From the IMG/VR virus record IMGVR_UViG_3300025949_000016: a DNA stretch of 64,000 nucleotides. One strand, given 5' to 3'. This document shows positions 49,424-60,640 of the stretch, in pieces. A program made the position numbers and the translations under genes. The notes under the pieces were generated by a model. The model worked only from the letters and a program-made list of their open reading frames with translations. It was not told where the DNA came from and did no database searches. Source of the DNA: a virus. Numbering within the stretch: position 1 is the first letter of the stretch; each line of letters opens with the position of its first letter.

Positions 49424-51967
49424 TTATTGTAGAGGTCCATAAGGATTATTAGTATAAAATGGTCCTTGACCTTGAACTTGAGTACCTCTTGCTCTAATTA
49501 AAGCACTAACAAGACGTTGAGCCTCTAGATCAGGTATACCAGATTGCCTAAAATGCTGATATGTTGCTGCTAATTCTTGAGGCGTATTAATTCTATTAGC
49601 ACCATTAGCCATCCAGATATTAGCAACATCGGCATTATAATTAATACCTCTACCAGTTGCTTCATAGAGAGGCGTGGGTAGATTATATGTTTGACCTGTC
49701 TTAGGATCAACTACTTTACGCATTCCATATTTATTAACTGCTGCAAGACCCCATGCTAATTGATCTGCTTGAGATTGATAACCATTTAATGTGCTCATAA
49801 ATTGGTTAGATGCAAATCTACGTTCATTATCAAAGTTTTGATTAGTTGCTTGAACTTGATTATAATAATTGGCGTCCGCTTGATTATTATACATTACTTG
49901 ATTGGTTCTTTGCTGTAAGTTCGTAAGATTCTGTTGATTACCAATTTGCACATTCTGATTATTGATATTACCACGGACTTGACTAATTTGATCCAAAGCA
50001 GTACCATAAACGTTACTGCCAACCAAACCTGCAGTTCTGGGGTTAAGAGATGCCAACTCACGGGCTTCATATGCTTGATTATTTATAGAGTTAATATAAG
50101 GTTGTTCATTTATTTGATCTAGCCTTACTTCTGGTAAAGAGATTTGATCTCTTTTAGGATAATAGCGGTTAATATTGAAAGCTTGAAGTCCTAAATAACC
50201 CAGATGAGATAACTGACTATCTGTTAACTTACCTTTAATTTGATAAGGTAAAGTAGGATTAGTCTGTATGGGTTGACCAGGTTGACTTGGTTGCATATTA
50301 GGAGGTAACTGAACATTGGGTGTTGGTCTTACCGGAGCAAGTCCTGGAGGTGTTGCTCTTTTCATAGGATTATTAGGTAATGTTGGCGAAAACACTCTGG
50401 CTCCTAATAGATTATCAGTATAGTGACCTCTTAAGTTTTCTAGTGCTTGATCGGGTAAATCTTCAAAATCATAGAATTTACCATTACCAGATAATTTTTT
50501 ACCCAAAGCAGTATCGCCATATTTGCTCCACATACCTCTTATAAGACCTGGATTATTTTGAAGAGCCCAATCATACATTGCTCCTTGAGCGTCTCTTGAA
50601 TTAAGATTAGTCAAATCAACACCGGCTGCTTGCCAATCTTTAATAAGTTTTTGCACACCACCGGGATAATTAAAATTATTAGCAAGACCTGTGGGAGTTA
50701 TTCTACCTAAAGTAGTTTTACCTCCAGGATATTGATCTGATGGATCTATAGGAAGACCTGTATAAGGATCAACTGCCCCACCTCCTGGATAATAACCTCC
50801 TACAGCATATTCGGACATCTTCTCACCTATATCATCAAACTGAGGCTGTTTTTCTGGTGCTGTCCCTTGAGCAAAATCTGGTATCTGAGCATCTTTCTTT
50901 GCTTCTTGTAAGTACGCTATTTGACCTAATTTCTGTTGAAGTTTTTCCAGCATTAATCCTGCTGTGGTTTTAGCTATTCTATCCGTCTTAGGTTCAGTTA
51001 ACGTAGCAATATAAGCATTATAGTCTTTAGGGTTTATTTCTCTACCTAATACTTTAGCAGGTGTGTTCTTTGATCTTGAATTAGAAACACCTGGTTTAAA
51101 TCCAAAACTTTCCCTCTCCCCTCTTGTAAAGGATAATTTAGGATCATTACTAAATATAAAAGAACCTCCCTCAGCATATAAAGGAGTACCACCTTGAGAA
51201 TGTTTTTCTCCTGTTATTTTATAAAGACCCGTGAGTCCAGGTTTAACTAAATATTCTCCTTTTTCTGCTTCTATATTAGCAACAGATCTATCTATAGGCT
51301 TTAAAGAGCCTGTTATAGACGCATCTTCAGGATTGGATGTAATATACCAATTTTTATTTTTAAAGTAAATATAAGGGTTATAATCCGTTACAGTACTATT
51401 GGTGGTTGGATTAAGATCAGTGTTAGGACCGGCACCTATATAATTACCACCTTTTTTAAATTCTTCAATATATCCTCCATTCTCTTTTTTATGAAATCCA
51501 TGTTTCTTTTTCATCATTAATGCAAAAGCTCTTCTATGTCCTGTACACGTACTTTTAGTCATTGGAGTACAATAACCCTTATGTGCCGGATTTACTGCAT
51601 GTTTTAACCATCCTCCTTTCTTCATATAATTAGGATCAGTAATAGTACCAATTAGATTTTGATCGTAAAATCCTCCATTTTCAAAATTTTCCTGATAATA
51701 TCTCTGAAAGTTAATAGCAGGAGATTCGTTATGATAATCGACTTGGTACAATGGACCCCCTCCAGCATACATGTTACCATCCATGTCAGGTACATGCATA
51801 GGAACAATTACTCCTCCCATATCCTGTTGGAAAGGATATTGTAAGGAGCCTCCTTTTTTATTGCAAGTAATACAACCTCCTTGTTTTTTTACATACTCGC
51901 CAAGTACATCATTTTGTGGTGGCTTATTGTATTTATTGGGAATTTTAGAAATTCTGACTTTTGGCAT
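49424..51967 (-). CDS. virion cargo/structural protein with repeated xxxGG motifs
   Basis: 847 aa; EAEKGE...KHSQGG; about ten GG motifs. Confidence 0.65.
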   Translation of the reverse strand: MPKVRISKIPNKYNKPPQNDVLGEYVKKQGGCITCNKKGGSLQYPFQQDMGGVIVPMHVPDMDGNMYAGGGPLYQVDYHNESPAINFQRYYQENFENGGFYDQNLIGTITDPNYMKKGGWLKHAVNPAHKGYCTPMTKSTCTGHRRAFALMMKKKHGFHKKENGGYIEEFKKGGNYIGAGPNTDLNPTTNSTVTDYNPYIYFKNKNWYITSNPEDASITGSLKPIDRSVANIEAEKGEYLVKPGLTGLYKITGEKHSQGGTPLYAEGGSFIFSNDPKLSFTRGERESFGFKPGVSNSRSKNTPAKVLGREINPKDYNAYIATLTEPKTDRIAKTTAGLMLEKLQQKLGQIAYLQEAKKDAQIPDFAQGTAPEKQPQFDDIGEKMSEYAVGGYYPGGGAVDPYTGLPIDPSDQYPGGKTTLGRITPTGLANNFNYPGGVQKLIKDWQAAGVDLTNLNSRDAQGAMYDWALQNNPGLIRGMWSKYGDTALGKKLSGNGKFYDFEDLPDQALENLRGHYTDNLLGARVFSPTLPNNPMKRATPPGLAPVRPTPNVQLPPNMQPSQPGQPIQTNPTLPYQIKGKLTDSQLSHLGYLGLQAFNINRYYPKRDQISLPEVRLDQINEQPYINSINNQAYEARELASLNPRTAGLVGSNVYGTALDQISQVRGNINNQNVQIGNQQNLTNLQQRTNQVMYNNQADANYYNQVQATNQNFDNERRFASNQFMSTLNGYQSQADQLAWGLAAVNKYGMRKVVDPKTGQTYNLPTPLYEATGRGINYNADVANIWMANGANRINTPQELAATYQHFRQSGIPDLEAQRLVSALIRARGTQVQGQGPFYTNNPYGPLQ

Positions 51968-51969
51968 TT

Positions 51970-54402
51970 TTAATCGTTTGAAATTATATCAATCTTGTAA
52001 CCAAGTTTCTTTAATTGTTTTATTTGTATATTTGTTAGATGATATTCACCACCTTCTTCAAATTTTGTAGGATTTTGAGCATCCCAGACTGCAGCAGCTG
52101 TATTAGCATCTCTTAAATAGTTAGCTCTATTTTGATCATATCCTAATTCATTATGCATTAGATAATTATTCTTAGCCTTCTGTAACAATTGCTGATAATT
52201 AAATTTGCTAGGGTCTTTTTGAGCTGCTTCAAAAATTTGCCTATATTGCAGACTATCTGATTGAGTAGGAGTGTAATTTGGATGCATCATATCAAACATA
52301 TATGCATTTGGTATATTATATCTAGGCTTTGGTTCTGGTCCTTCTCCGCCTCCTTGCATCTTCATTTGAGGATTAAAAGGTAACATCATACCTTCAGGCT
52401 TATTCATAACATGTCCACCATGTCTAGCCTCATCTGAATCTTCAAAATCATTACTTGCTATGGTATTATTAAACCTTACTATATTTGCAGGAGTGAAGTG
52501 TTGAAGTATTCTTTTCATCATAAAAGTATTCTGAATATTTTTATTCTTCATGGCTTTTTGAATGTCTTCTAATTTCATATCTCCTTTTCTGGTATCATAT
52601 ATACCCTCTTTATACATCATCCATCTAAGAGCATTTAAATCAGCATATTGCTCACTTGGAGAAATATCATGTCCTTTAGAATTTCCCATCTTTTCTTCAC
52701 TCCATCCTTCAAATGTTTGCTTCTTTCCGGAATTCATCCATTTTGTATATTTGTCTAATGCCTGACCAGCATTCTTATTAAATCCTAAAGTAAAGATATC
52801 TTCCGTACCATTAAAATCTTTTCTAATAGTATGCGTGTATTCATGAGGTAATACATCGTTATATAAATTTGCTCCTATTTCTTTTGCTTGAGGTTTACTT
52901 AATACTATATTAGTATTCTGTGGAGTACCCCATACTTTATTAAATATTGGATTTGAAACTCTACTTCCTATTCTATCATTCTTAGGATCATTTTCTAAAA
53001 TAAACGGATTAAATTTCTTTGATTCTTGATTAAAAATATTCATTTGCTCTTTATACTCATTATCCGTATTATACTTTAAAAATCTATCTTTAAATGTTTG
53101 ACTTTGAAAATAAGAGTTTAAATAATCAACTGATTTTGTATCGACTACGTCTTTTGATTTAGGTTGAAGTGGAGTTTGAGGACCTGGACCAGTTCCACCT
53201 CCATCTTCAAACTTACCATATCCTTTATCAAATGTACTAAGATATTTACCTACAGTTAAGTTATTAGGAGTAGGTCTATATTCAGGTTGATTATAAAAGT
53301 TTGCTTTACCCTCACCTAAGAAAAAGGCGGTGGCCGCCTGGTGCGGATCTTTATATCTTGATAATAAATAAGACCCATATGCATCCATTACTCTTTCTTG
53401 AAAATTAGGATCTGTTTTATAAGTATTAGTAAAGTCTTTTTTATTAATATTAGGAAAATGATTTTCTCTAACTGCTTCTAGAGTAGGAGCAGTGAACTGA
53501 TACTTTCCAAAAGCACTAGAATATTTATTTCCTTCATTATAATTAGCATTTTCTACTCTTGCTATACCATTTTTAAAAGCCTGCAGTAAAGGATTACTAG
53601 ATTGATCTGGCATTGCGGAAGCTCGTAAATCTAACGATGGAGCTTGAATATATGAAGGAGTATTTTGATTATTCTGATCTTGATTAAATTCTTCCTGTTC
53701 TTCAGGTTCCATTAAGAAGTCTAAAGATTTATTATTTCTAGTTTGTTCAGGTTCTTCTATTTGTTCTTTAACATCTTGAATTTGATCTTTATCATCTTCA
53801 TCAATATCTGGTGTTTTTTGACCTTTCTCTGAAAAATAACGATCCATCTCGTCTTTTAAATCTTGAAAGTCTTCTTCGTTAAAATCATCAAAATCTGAAA
53901 AACCACCTCCCGCCTTTTTAGGTTTACCTCCACCAGCTATATATCCGAAATATCTTTTCTGCTTATCAGTAAGTGGATGACCTTGTGCTGTACCATCCCT
54001 TAATATTTCTTTAGCTTTATTTGAAGTTAATCCTCCATTATTAAATTGATTCATTCCATATAATGACTGTTGAGTGGTATTAGGATTATTTGGAATTTGA
54101 AGTAAAGGATTACTTTGAATTCTATTGTAATTATTAAAATCTCTTTTTTGATTCATTCCTCTTAAATAAGCTCCCAATCCTTGAATGGTATTAGATAACA
54201 TAATATGATTATAATCTAAATTACCAAATTCTCTTTTAGACTCCATAATAAAAGGAGTTTGATTATTTATGTAATTTGGAGCATTTACAGAAGGTGCTTG
54301 AATAGGATTCATTCCTGGACTAGTATTAGCCAGTCCTGGCATTTGAGGAGCATATCTTAATTCACCAAATCCTCCCCACGGTATGTTTGCATTAATATTC
54401 AT
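51970..54402 (-). CDS. virion protein with lysozyme-like and zincin domains
   Basis: IARVE...SSAFGKYQF; PHEYTH...EQYAD. Confidence 0.7.
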   Translation of the reverse strand: MNINANIPWGGFGELRYAPQMPGLANTSPGMNPIQAPSVNAPNYINNQTPFIMESKREFGNLDYNHIMLSNTIQGLGAYLRGMNQKRDFNNYNRIQSNPLLQIPNNPNTTQQSLYGMNQFNNGGLTSNKAKEILRDGTAQGHPLTDKQKRYFGYIAGGGKPKKAGGGFSDFDDFNEEDFQDLKDEMDRYFSEKGQKTPDIDEDDKDQIQDVKEQIEEPEQTRNNKSLDFLMEPEEQEEFNQDQNNQNTPSYIQAPSLDLRASAMPDQSSNPLLQAFKNGIARVENANYNEGNKYSSAFGKYQFTAPTLEAVRENHFPNINKKDFTNTYKTDPNFQERVMDAYGSYLLSRYKDPHQAATAFFLGEGKANFYNQPEYRPTPNNLTVGKYLSTFDKGYGKFEDGGGTGPGPQTPLQPKSKDVVDTKSVDYLNSYFQSQTFKDRFLKYNTDNEYKEQMNIFNQESKKFNPFILENDPKNDRIGSRVSNPIFNKVWGTPQNTNIVLSKPQAKEIGANLYNDVLPHEYTHTIRKDFNGTEDIFTLGFNKNAGQALDKYTKWMNSGKKQTFEGWSEEKMGNSKGHDISPSEQYADLNALRWMMYKEGIYDTRKGDMKLEDIQKAMKNKNIQNTFMMKRILQHFTPANIVRFNNTIASNDFEDSDEARHGGHVMNKPEGMMLPFNPQMKMQGGGEGPEPKPRYNIPNAYMFDMMHPNYTPTQSDSLQYRQIFEAAQKDPSKFNYQQLLQKAKNNYLMHNELGYDQNRANYLRDANTAAAVWDAQNPTKFEEGGEYHLTNIQIKQLKKLGYKIDIISND

Positions 54403-57400
54403 TATCTAAGACTTTGAGTTTCATTTGCGTTGGCCCATTTGAAAATATACTTTTTATCATTACTTACTGATTTAGATAAGTAAATCTTATGCCAAAAATT
54501 TCTAAATCGTTTTCTTTCAAAAGGATTTTTATTACTATTAATTGCTTGAGGAGTTACTATCTTAATATATCCATTAGGTTGTATTGTCCATAAAGGATAA
54601 TTATTCTTCGTATATTCTCCTCTATCTTTTGTCAGATCAAAAAATTGGTTTATCCGAGTTTTTTGTTCAACTTTACTATAAGCCACTTTCCATAATCCAT
54701 CTGCATCTTGAGATGGATAGGATTCTATATCAGTTATATCATTTCTTCTTCTCAACTTTGGAAGTAAATAACCACTAGATTGTTCCAAATTATGAATAAC
54801 AATTCTATCAAAATTATCATCTAATATTTGATGATAATAAGAGCAATCCCCAAAATATTTACCCGCTTCTAATACATATTCAATACTTCTAAGAATTTCA
54901 TTATTAGGACCATTATTTATTAAATATTCTATTTCCCAAGGATAATCTATACCATAGAAATTACAGAATGAATCACATCTATTATTATGTGTCCATATAG
55001 AATTATACTTAATAGTATAGAAATGAGTTTCTCCTTGAATTATCCAATCTGGCTGCCAATCATGCCAACTAATAAAAGCTTGATCTTTAGGACTATAAGA
55101 TATCGTCCAAGAGGCATCATCAAAATATACAGGATCTCCAATCTTTATATTAATTGATCCATTAAAGAAAAACTTATTTTTTGTAGAATCATAGGTTACA
55201 AATCCTTTATATGAATCTTTAAGTTTATAATCACGCTTAGATAAATAATATTTCTCATCTGTATTATCCCATCCACTAGTAAGTCCAACGCCGGCTACTG
55301 GATTATCGTAATCTGTAAAGTCTGGAAAATCTTCTAATAACTTGCTAGGTAAATACTCTTTAAACCACCAATGCATTCCATTTCTACTAATCTCTTCAAA
55401 TTGCCCCTTCCAGTTAAATATTCTACCTTGTCTCTGAGATGGATATAAAGAACCGAATTGAGTATTAACAAATGCAAATCTTGATTGAGAATTACCATAC
55501 CAATAGTCTGTATAAACTAAAGGGCGAGGTTCTCTAGCAAATAAGCCCGCATCACCTATTGTTATTTTAATTCCACCTGTAGTTTGTAATTCATCCCTAC
55601 CTATTGTTATATAAGGTGACGACTTATCGAATGTAAATAGAATTTGTTGGTTGTCAACTGCGTGCATACCTGAGATAGCACCAAAGTCGGATAAAGGAAA
55701 ATCATAAAAGTTATTTGTTAAATATATTAACCAATTATCATTTTTAAGATCAAAAGACGCCGGTTGAGAATATATAACTCGATTCTTATAATAAGAGAAA
55801 CAAGTTTCATCTATTTTTGGATCATAATCTACTCTTTGACCAGCAATGAAATTTTCTATTAATTGTTTAGAGAAGCTCTTATCATATAAGAATTGCTCTG
55901 GTATATCTATTCTATCACTTCTAAATAATTCTGATAAATTTGTTTGTGTTTTGGAATAAAAGTTTTGAAAATCTCCTTTGTAATCTCTAAAATCTAAATT
56001 CATTTCTGATTCTACAAAAAAATCTATAACGCCATTATTGAAAAGATAAAAGAAGCCAGGATTACTTTTTAAATTTAATAATTGTAATCCGCCAGGAGAT
56101 GAAAAACAATCTAAATTATACTTATTTGTTGGAAGTCTACCGGGACTTTTACCTACTACTATTAATTCAGAAACGTCATAGTGCTCGGTATTAAGCCAGA
56201 ATCTCGGGAAACCCACGTTACGGTATAGACTATAGTCATACTCCGTACCATCTGGATAATTAGCATTGGCAATGTTTTGGGTGAAAAACTCATGCTTTCT
56301 ATTAACAGCGAATCTATTTAAATAAGTATCGCCGCCAAATACAGCATCACTTTCATAGATTCTATCGCTAGATCCAATTGCTGCTGTATTTTGTAATGTT
56401 GTATTTAGATATCCAGTATCTTGGTATACAACCGAATCAATTGCACCATATTGATCAGGTACTTTTCTTTTAACCATGCCATAATACATACTAGCAATAG
56501 AATTAAAAGACTTATAAGGAGTAGAGCATATGTTAGCATCTGTTATTGTTTGTCTACTATTATCCTTTTTAGTAGGAGCTTTAACAGATTTGTTTAATTG
56601 TAAGTAAACGGAGTTTTCTCTTTTAAAATTATTAAACTTTAAGTTATTAGGTAAAGAATTAATTCCATTATAAAGATATTGGTAATAATTTAGTTTCCTT
56701 CTTTGATTATCTATAGGTATGCAAATATTACTATTAAAGAATCCATGACTATCGTATTGAAGTGCATATCTTTCATAAGGCATGAATGATAAAATGTCAG
56801 CTATAATTTGATTGGCACTGTTGAATGCAAAGTAAACTCCCATTCCAGCTGCAGCTGCTGTTTGAAGTATTTTAAGGGCTGCCTTTGCTACAGCTTCAGC
56901 TGCAGGTAACTCTAATAGTTGGGTAAAACTAAGCCCATTTACTAATCCTTCACATTTATTTAGGAATTCCATTCCAGCTGCTTCTATAGTAACATTAGAA
57001 GGTACAGGGACAGTTTGAGTAATATTAACAACTCCGTTCTTGAGAGATGTGGTACAAGCTTTACCAAAAACAGATAAAACTCCATCTATAGCACCTATAG
57101 CAATAGCCAACCAAAATACTGAATTACTAAGTACTTTAGCTCTAGGATGAAGGTAAACATTTTCAAATGAACCTAAAACATTAGCAATTTCTTCGGTTTC
57201 AAATATTACTTCTTCACCCAACGATACATTAGCAAACAAAGTATTAGGAGAATAAAAATTGAACTGATCATCTTTAAAATCTTTTAAAGGATTAAAATTA
57301 CGTTCTCCACTACTATATCTAGTTTGAGTTGAAGATATGAAATTATCCTCTCTTAAGTCATTATAAGGATAATTAGGATAGAGAACTTCTTGATTGGTAC

Positions 57401-59024
57401 CCCCTTGGTCTAGCGTTTCCTTATAAGATCTAACATTACTAAACATTCCTTTAGCTATAATGGATCTATTTCCATCTCTATTACCTCTTACTATTCTATA
57501 TCCTAATATATCTTCTATATAATTTCCATTATCATCTTTTGGATGCTCTATATTTTCAAACTTAACTCCTAATAGATTTATACTATTTCCATTATTTGCA
57601 TATCTAGGAGCACTACATTCTCTAGGAAATTGAGGGTGACGTATAGGGGTGCAAGCATCCTCTCCATATTGTATTTTATTATCAGGATAAAGTTCTGTAC
57701 TTTCCCAATAACTCATATCTCCTTCTTCTATAACAACCTCAGAGCCTCCATTATTTGGAATAATTCTAGTTACTTTTGATGTATCATATACTTCAAATCT
57801 CTTTACTGGAGTTGTATTTTGATCTACTAACTCGTAAACATCTCCTCCAGTGGCTTGGGCCAACTCATCTTTAGTTGCCTTTCTACCTGGTATATGGAAA
57901 GCAGAAGACCACTCTCCTGTGTTATATAACCATTGAACAGCAAATGAATAACGCTCTCCTCTTAAATAACCTACCTTATTACCGCCATTTTGATAGTAAG
58001 TATTTGGAACTTGATATAATACCCATTTTGGTACTATACTCATTGCTTGTAACTGATAATTTAAATCAGGTCTTGTACTAACTCCTGACCATAATAGATA
58101 CTGATCATTATTAACTAAATTATCGGCCCTATGATATTTAGGTCTTTTAGTAGTTATTTCTTCAAGTGGTATAGTAGTATACTCAGGTCGATCTATATTA
58201 AAAAGTTCAAATTGATTTTGAGAGGTTGAATAATAACCTATGATTTTAGCTGTAGTTACATTTTGAATAGTATAAATAACTACGAGCATAAATTGATCAA
58301 AGCTTTGATCTAAGTTACTTATATTAATATTAATAGATTGTCCTAAACTAAAATGAGACCATATTGACTGAGGATTTGTTATAGAATAAAAATCAGATAC
58401 TCTTAGATTATTAATCGTATAAGCCATTCCTATCTGATATGATCCGTTTTGCAACTCTCCTCCTGATCCTAAACTTAGATTAATAATAGGCACAGATAAT
58501 TTAGGAGTCATTAATAACTCGTTACAATCTAATTCACTAGTATACTTTTTAGTTTTACAAGCATCATCCTGTTCAGTAAATGTATAAGGAATTTTAGAGA
58601 GATTTAAATAACGGCGTGGGTTTTTACCATCTGTCCAATATACTGATTCTGAACAATCAAAATTCTCCTTTGATGCGGCTATAACTAGGTGAGAGGTATC
58701 AAAGTTAAGACATTTATTATTTACTACCTTTGTATAGGAACAATCATTTGTATTAAATATACCAATCTCACTATTTACATTATCTGTAAGAAATAAAATG
58801 TATCGTCCTCCTATTAACTTAGTAAATCCAATACATGTATAAGGAAGATCAACACACCTCTGATTAGAAGGTTCATTACCTAGAAATTGTAAATTTCCTT
58901 GATGAGTATTGTGTACCGAATTTCTTGCGTAACACCAAAAATCTTTACTAATAAGACTTGCATCTAAATCAGTAACTAATCCTTTAGAGGGTGAATTTAA
59001 ATATGAATTAGTAAGATTCTCCAT
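54402..59024 (-). CDS. tail stabilisation/muzzle protein
   Basis: 1540 aa beta-rich; KGLVTD, YWTDGKNPRR, WISWHD-like motif; crAss-like synteny. Confidence 0.8.
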   Translation of the reverse strand: MENLTNSYLNSPSKGLVTDLDASLISKDFWCYARNSVHNTHQGNLQFLGNEPSNQRCVDLPYTCIGFTKLIGGRYILFLTDNVNSEIGIFNTNDCSYTKVVNNKCLNFDTSHLVIAASKENFDCSESVYWTDGKNPRRYLNLSKIPYTFTEQDDACKTKKYTSELDCNELLMTPKLSVPIINLSLGSGGELQNGSYQIGMAYTINNLRVSDFYSITNPQSIWSHFSLGQSININISNLDQSFDQFMLVVIYTIQNVTTAKIIGYYSTSQNQFELFNIDRPEYTTIPLEEITTKRPKYHRADNLVNNDQYLLWSGVSTRPDLNYQLQAMSIVPKWVLYQVPNTYYQNGGNKVGYLRGERYSFAVQWLYNTGEWSSAFHIPGRKATKDELAQATGGDVYELVDQNTTPVKRFEVYDTSKVTRIIPNNGGSEVVIEEGDMSYWESTELYPDNKIQYGEDACTPIRHPQFPRECSAPRYANNGNSINLLGVKFENIEHPKDDNGNYIEDILGYRIVRGNRDGNRSIIAKGMFSNVRSYKETLDQGGTNQEVLYPNYPYNDLREDNFISSTQTRYSSGERNFNPLKDFKDDQFNFYSPNTLFANVSLGEEVIFETEEIANVLGSFENVYLHPRAKVLSNSVFWLAIAIGAIDGVLSVFGKACTTSLKNGVVNITQTVPVPSNVTIEAAGMEFLNKCEGLVNGLSFTQLLELPAAEAVAKAALKILQTAAAAGMGVYFAFNSANQIIADILSFMPYERYALQYDSHGFFNSNICIPIDNQRRKLNYYQYLYNGINSLPNNLKFNNFKRENSVYLQLNKSVKAPTKKDNSRQTITDANICSTPYKSFNSIASMYYGMVKRKVPDQYGAIDSVVYQDTGYLNTTLQNTAAIGSSDRIYESDAVFGGDTYLNRFAVNRKHEFFTQNIANANYPDGTEYDYSLYRNVGFPRFWLNTEHYDVSELIVVGKSPGRLPTNKYNLDCFSSPGGLQLLNLKSNPGFFYLFNNGVIDFFVESEMNLDFRDYKGDFQNFYSKTQTNLSELFRSDRIDIPEQFLYDKSFSKQLIENFIAGQRVDYDPKIDETCFSYYKNRVIYSQPASFDLKNDNWLIYLTNNFYDFPLSDFGAISGMHAVDNQQILFTFDKSSPYITIGRDELQTTGGIKITIGDAGLFAREPRPLVYTDYWYGNSQSRFAFVNTQFGSLYPSQRQGRIFNWKGQFEEISRNGMHWWFKEYLPSKLLEDFPDFTDYDNPVAGVGLTSGWDNTDEKYYLSKRDYKLKDSYKGFVTYDSTKNKFFFNGSINIKIGDPVYFDDASWTISYSPKDQAFISWHDWQPDWIIQGETHFYTIKYNSIWTHNNRCDSFCNFYGIDYPWEIEYLINNGPNNEILRSIEYVLEAGKYFGDCSYYHQILDDNFDRIVIHNLEQSSGYLLPKLRRRNDITDIESYPSQDADGLWKVAYSKVEQKTRINQFFDLTKDRGEYTKNNYPLWTIQPNGYIKIVTPQAINSNKNPFERKRFRNFWHKIYLSKSVSNDKKYIFKWANANETQSLR

Positions 59025-59945
59025 TTATCGTAAATCTTTTCTCCAAAGATGTTTAAAATTACCTTCTCCTTTATAGTAACCGGTTTTAGAAGTATCAAAA
59101 TATTTAATATAACGATTGTAGAATCTATTTCTATTATCAATAAATATACGTTGAAGATCTCCAAATTCTGGAGTATTGACAAATCCCATAGCTCTAATCT
59201 TAGCCTCTCTTAATTCACCTTTAGCAACTTGATAAGCTTGAAGAAAGTCTCCTTCTTTATTAAGAAACATATTTTCAAAAAATCGTTTCTTAATAGCATA
59301 TTCATAATATGGAACAACTAGATCGTGATCTAAAATAAGAACATTATTATTCTCATCTAGCATATCTGATATATAATTTATATAAACTAGACCATGTTTA
59401 AACGAAAAAGTGACATGATCATCCTGTATTCTAATTTGATTAGGAGAGTGAAAATGGAAATTTAAACAAGTATCTGTACATCTACTATGAGAAGATTGAG
59501 TAAGTTCTAAAGTTTCAATATCTGTAAATGTATGTGTTTTAATACCTATTTTTTGAGTAATCCAAATGGGATTATCGCAAGGTCCATCCATTGTATCGCA
59601 TGAGTGCATCTGGCAATGTATATCCACAGGTATCTCTCCTACATGACTTTCTGTTTGAGCTCCCATAAGTATAGGACCTCTAACTGCATGTGTTTTAATA
59701 GCTAATGCTAACTGAAGAAATTGAAAATCTTCTGGTAATAAAGCAGTATGATCTTTTACCTCTAAAAGCATTTCTCTTTCTCCATTAATTCTTAACCCTA
59801 GAAAAGCATTACACTCTCTTACTATTTTTATGTATGCTCCACGATCTATATAACCTTCGTCTGCCCATTTACCTAAGTCTGTTTCAACCGAGGCCATTAG
59901 AGAATCAAAGGTTCGATATTTATAGTTAGTTCTTGTAGTAGGCAT
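59025..59945 (-). CDS. tail tubular/ring protein
   Basis: LPEDF...L, VYINY, synteny. Confidence 0.65.
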   Translation of the reverse strand: MPTTRTNYKYRTFDSLMASVETDLGKWADEGYIDRGAYIKIVRECNAFLGLRINGEREMLLEVKDHTALLPEDFQFLQLALAIKTHAVRGPILMGAQTESHVGEIPVDIHCQMHSCDTMDGPCDNPIWITQKIGIKTHTFTDIETLELTQSSHSRCTDTCLNFHFHSPNQIRIQDDHVTFSFKHGLVYINYISDMLDENNNVLILDHDLVVPYYEYAIKKRFFENMFLNKEGDFLQAYQVAKGELREAKIRAMGFVNTPEFGDLQRIFIDNRNRFYNRYIKYFDTSKTGYYKGEGNFKHLWRKDLR

Positions 59946-60640
59946 TAATCTTTCTTATTATTATTTTTATCTATATTATTATCATCTGGTTGAATTCTAT
60001 CGTAGTAACCTAGCATTTCTTTATTTACATTATCTTTACAAACAGCAAATAGTTCTTTAGGTATTCTAAAGGTATTATCTAGAAAGCTTTTACACGGGTC
60101 ATAAGGATCACAGCAACTATTTTCTTTATCTATATCAAATTCAAATAATGCTTCAATTCTGATACCTTTCCATTCTATATTTGGAAAATAAAGATAGCCG
60201 TCACTCCACCAATAATAAAAGTTTTTATTATATTTGGTATAAGCATCTTCTTGTTTTCTATTCCATTCAGCTATAGTAATGGGAAAAAGTTCTGTAAATC
60301 CATCAAGACTAGATACTTTTCTTATAATAGGACCCCATGATGCTACTAATACATAAGGTAGCTTTTCTCTTGTTCTATATATTTTACAATCAGTTTTAAC
60401 TTCACAACACTCCTCTATTGTAGGTATAGGTATAAGATCTACACATTTCCAAGATTGAAATAAATATCCTAGTTTTAATAATTGGAATTTATTATCCACT
60501 TGTTTAATAAGTAAATCTCTATGAGCTCTCAATAAAGAAAAAACAAACTTATTAGTAACCCTAGAGTCTGCATTAACTAGTTTGTGTGGTATCTTGATCT
60601 GACTGATTGCTGATCGTATCGTCAAGCCGACGTCGTTCAT
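59945..60640 (-). CDS. tail ring protein
   Basis: RTREKLP, DGYLYFPN, synteny. Confidence 0.6.
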   Translation of the reverse strand: MNDVGLTIRSAISQIKIPHKLVNADSRVTNKFVFSLLRAHRDLLIKQVDNKFQLLKLGYLFQSWKCVDLIPIPTIEECCEVKTDCKIYRTREKLPYVLVASWGPIIRKVSSLDGFTELFPITIAEWNRKQEDAYTKYNKNFYYWWSDGYLYFPNIEWKGIRIEALFEFDIDKENSCCDPYDPCKSFLDNTFRIPKELFAVCKDNVNKEMLGYYDRIQPDDNNIDKNNNKKD

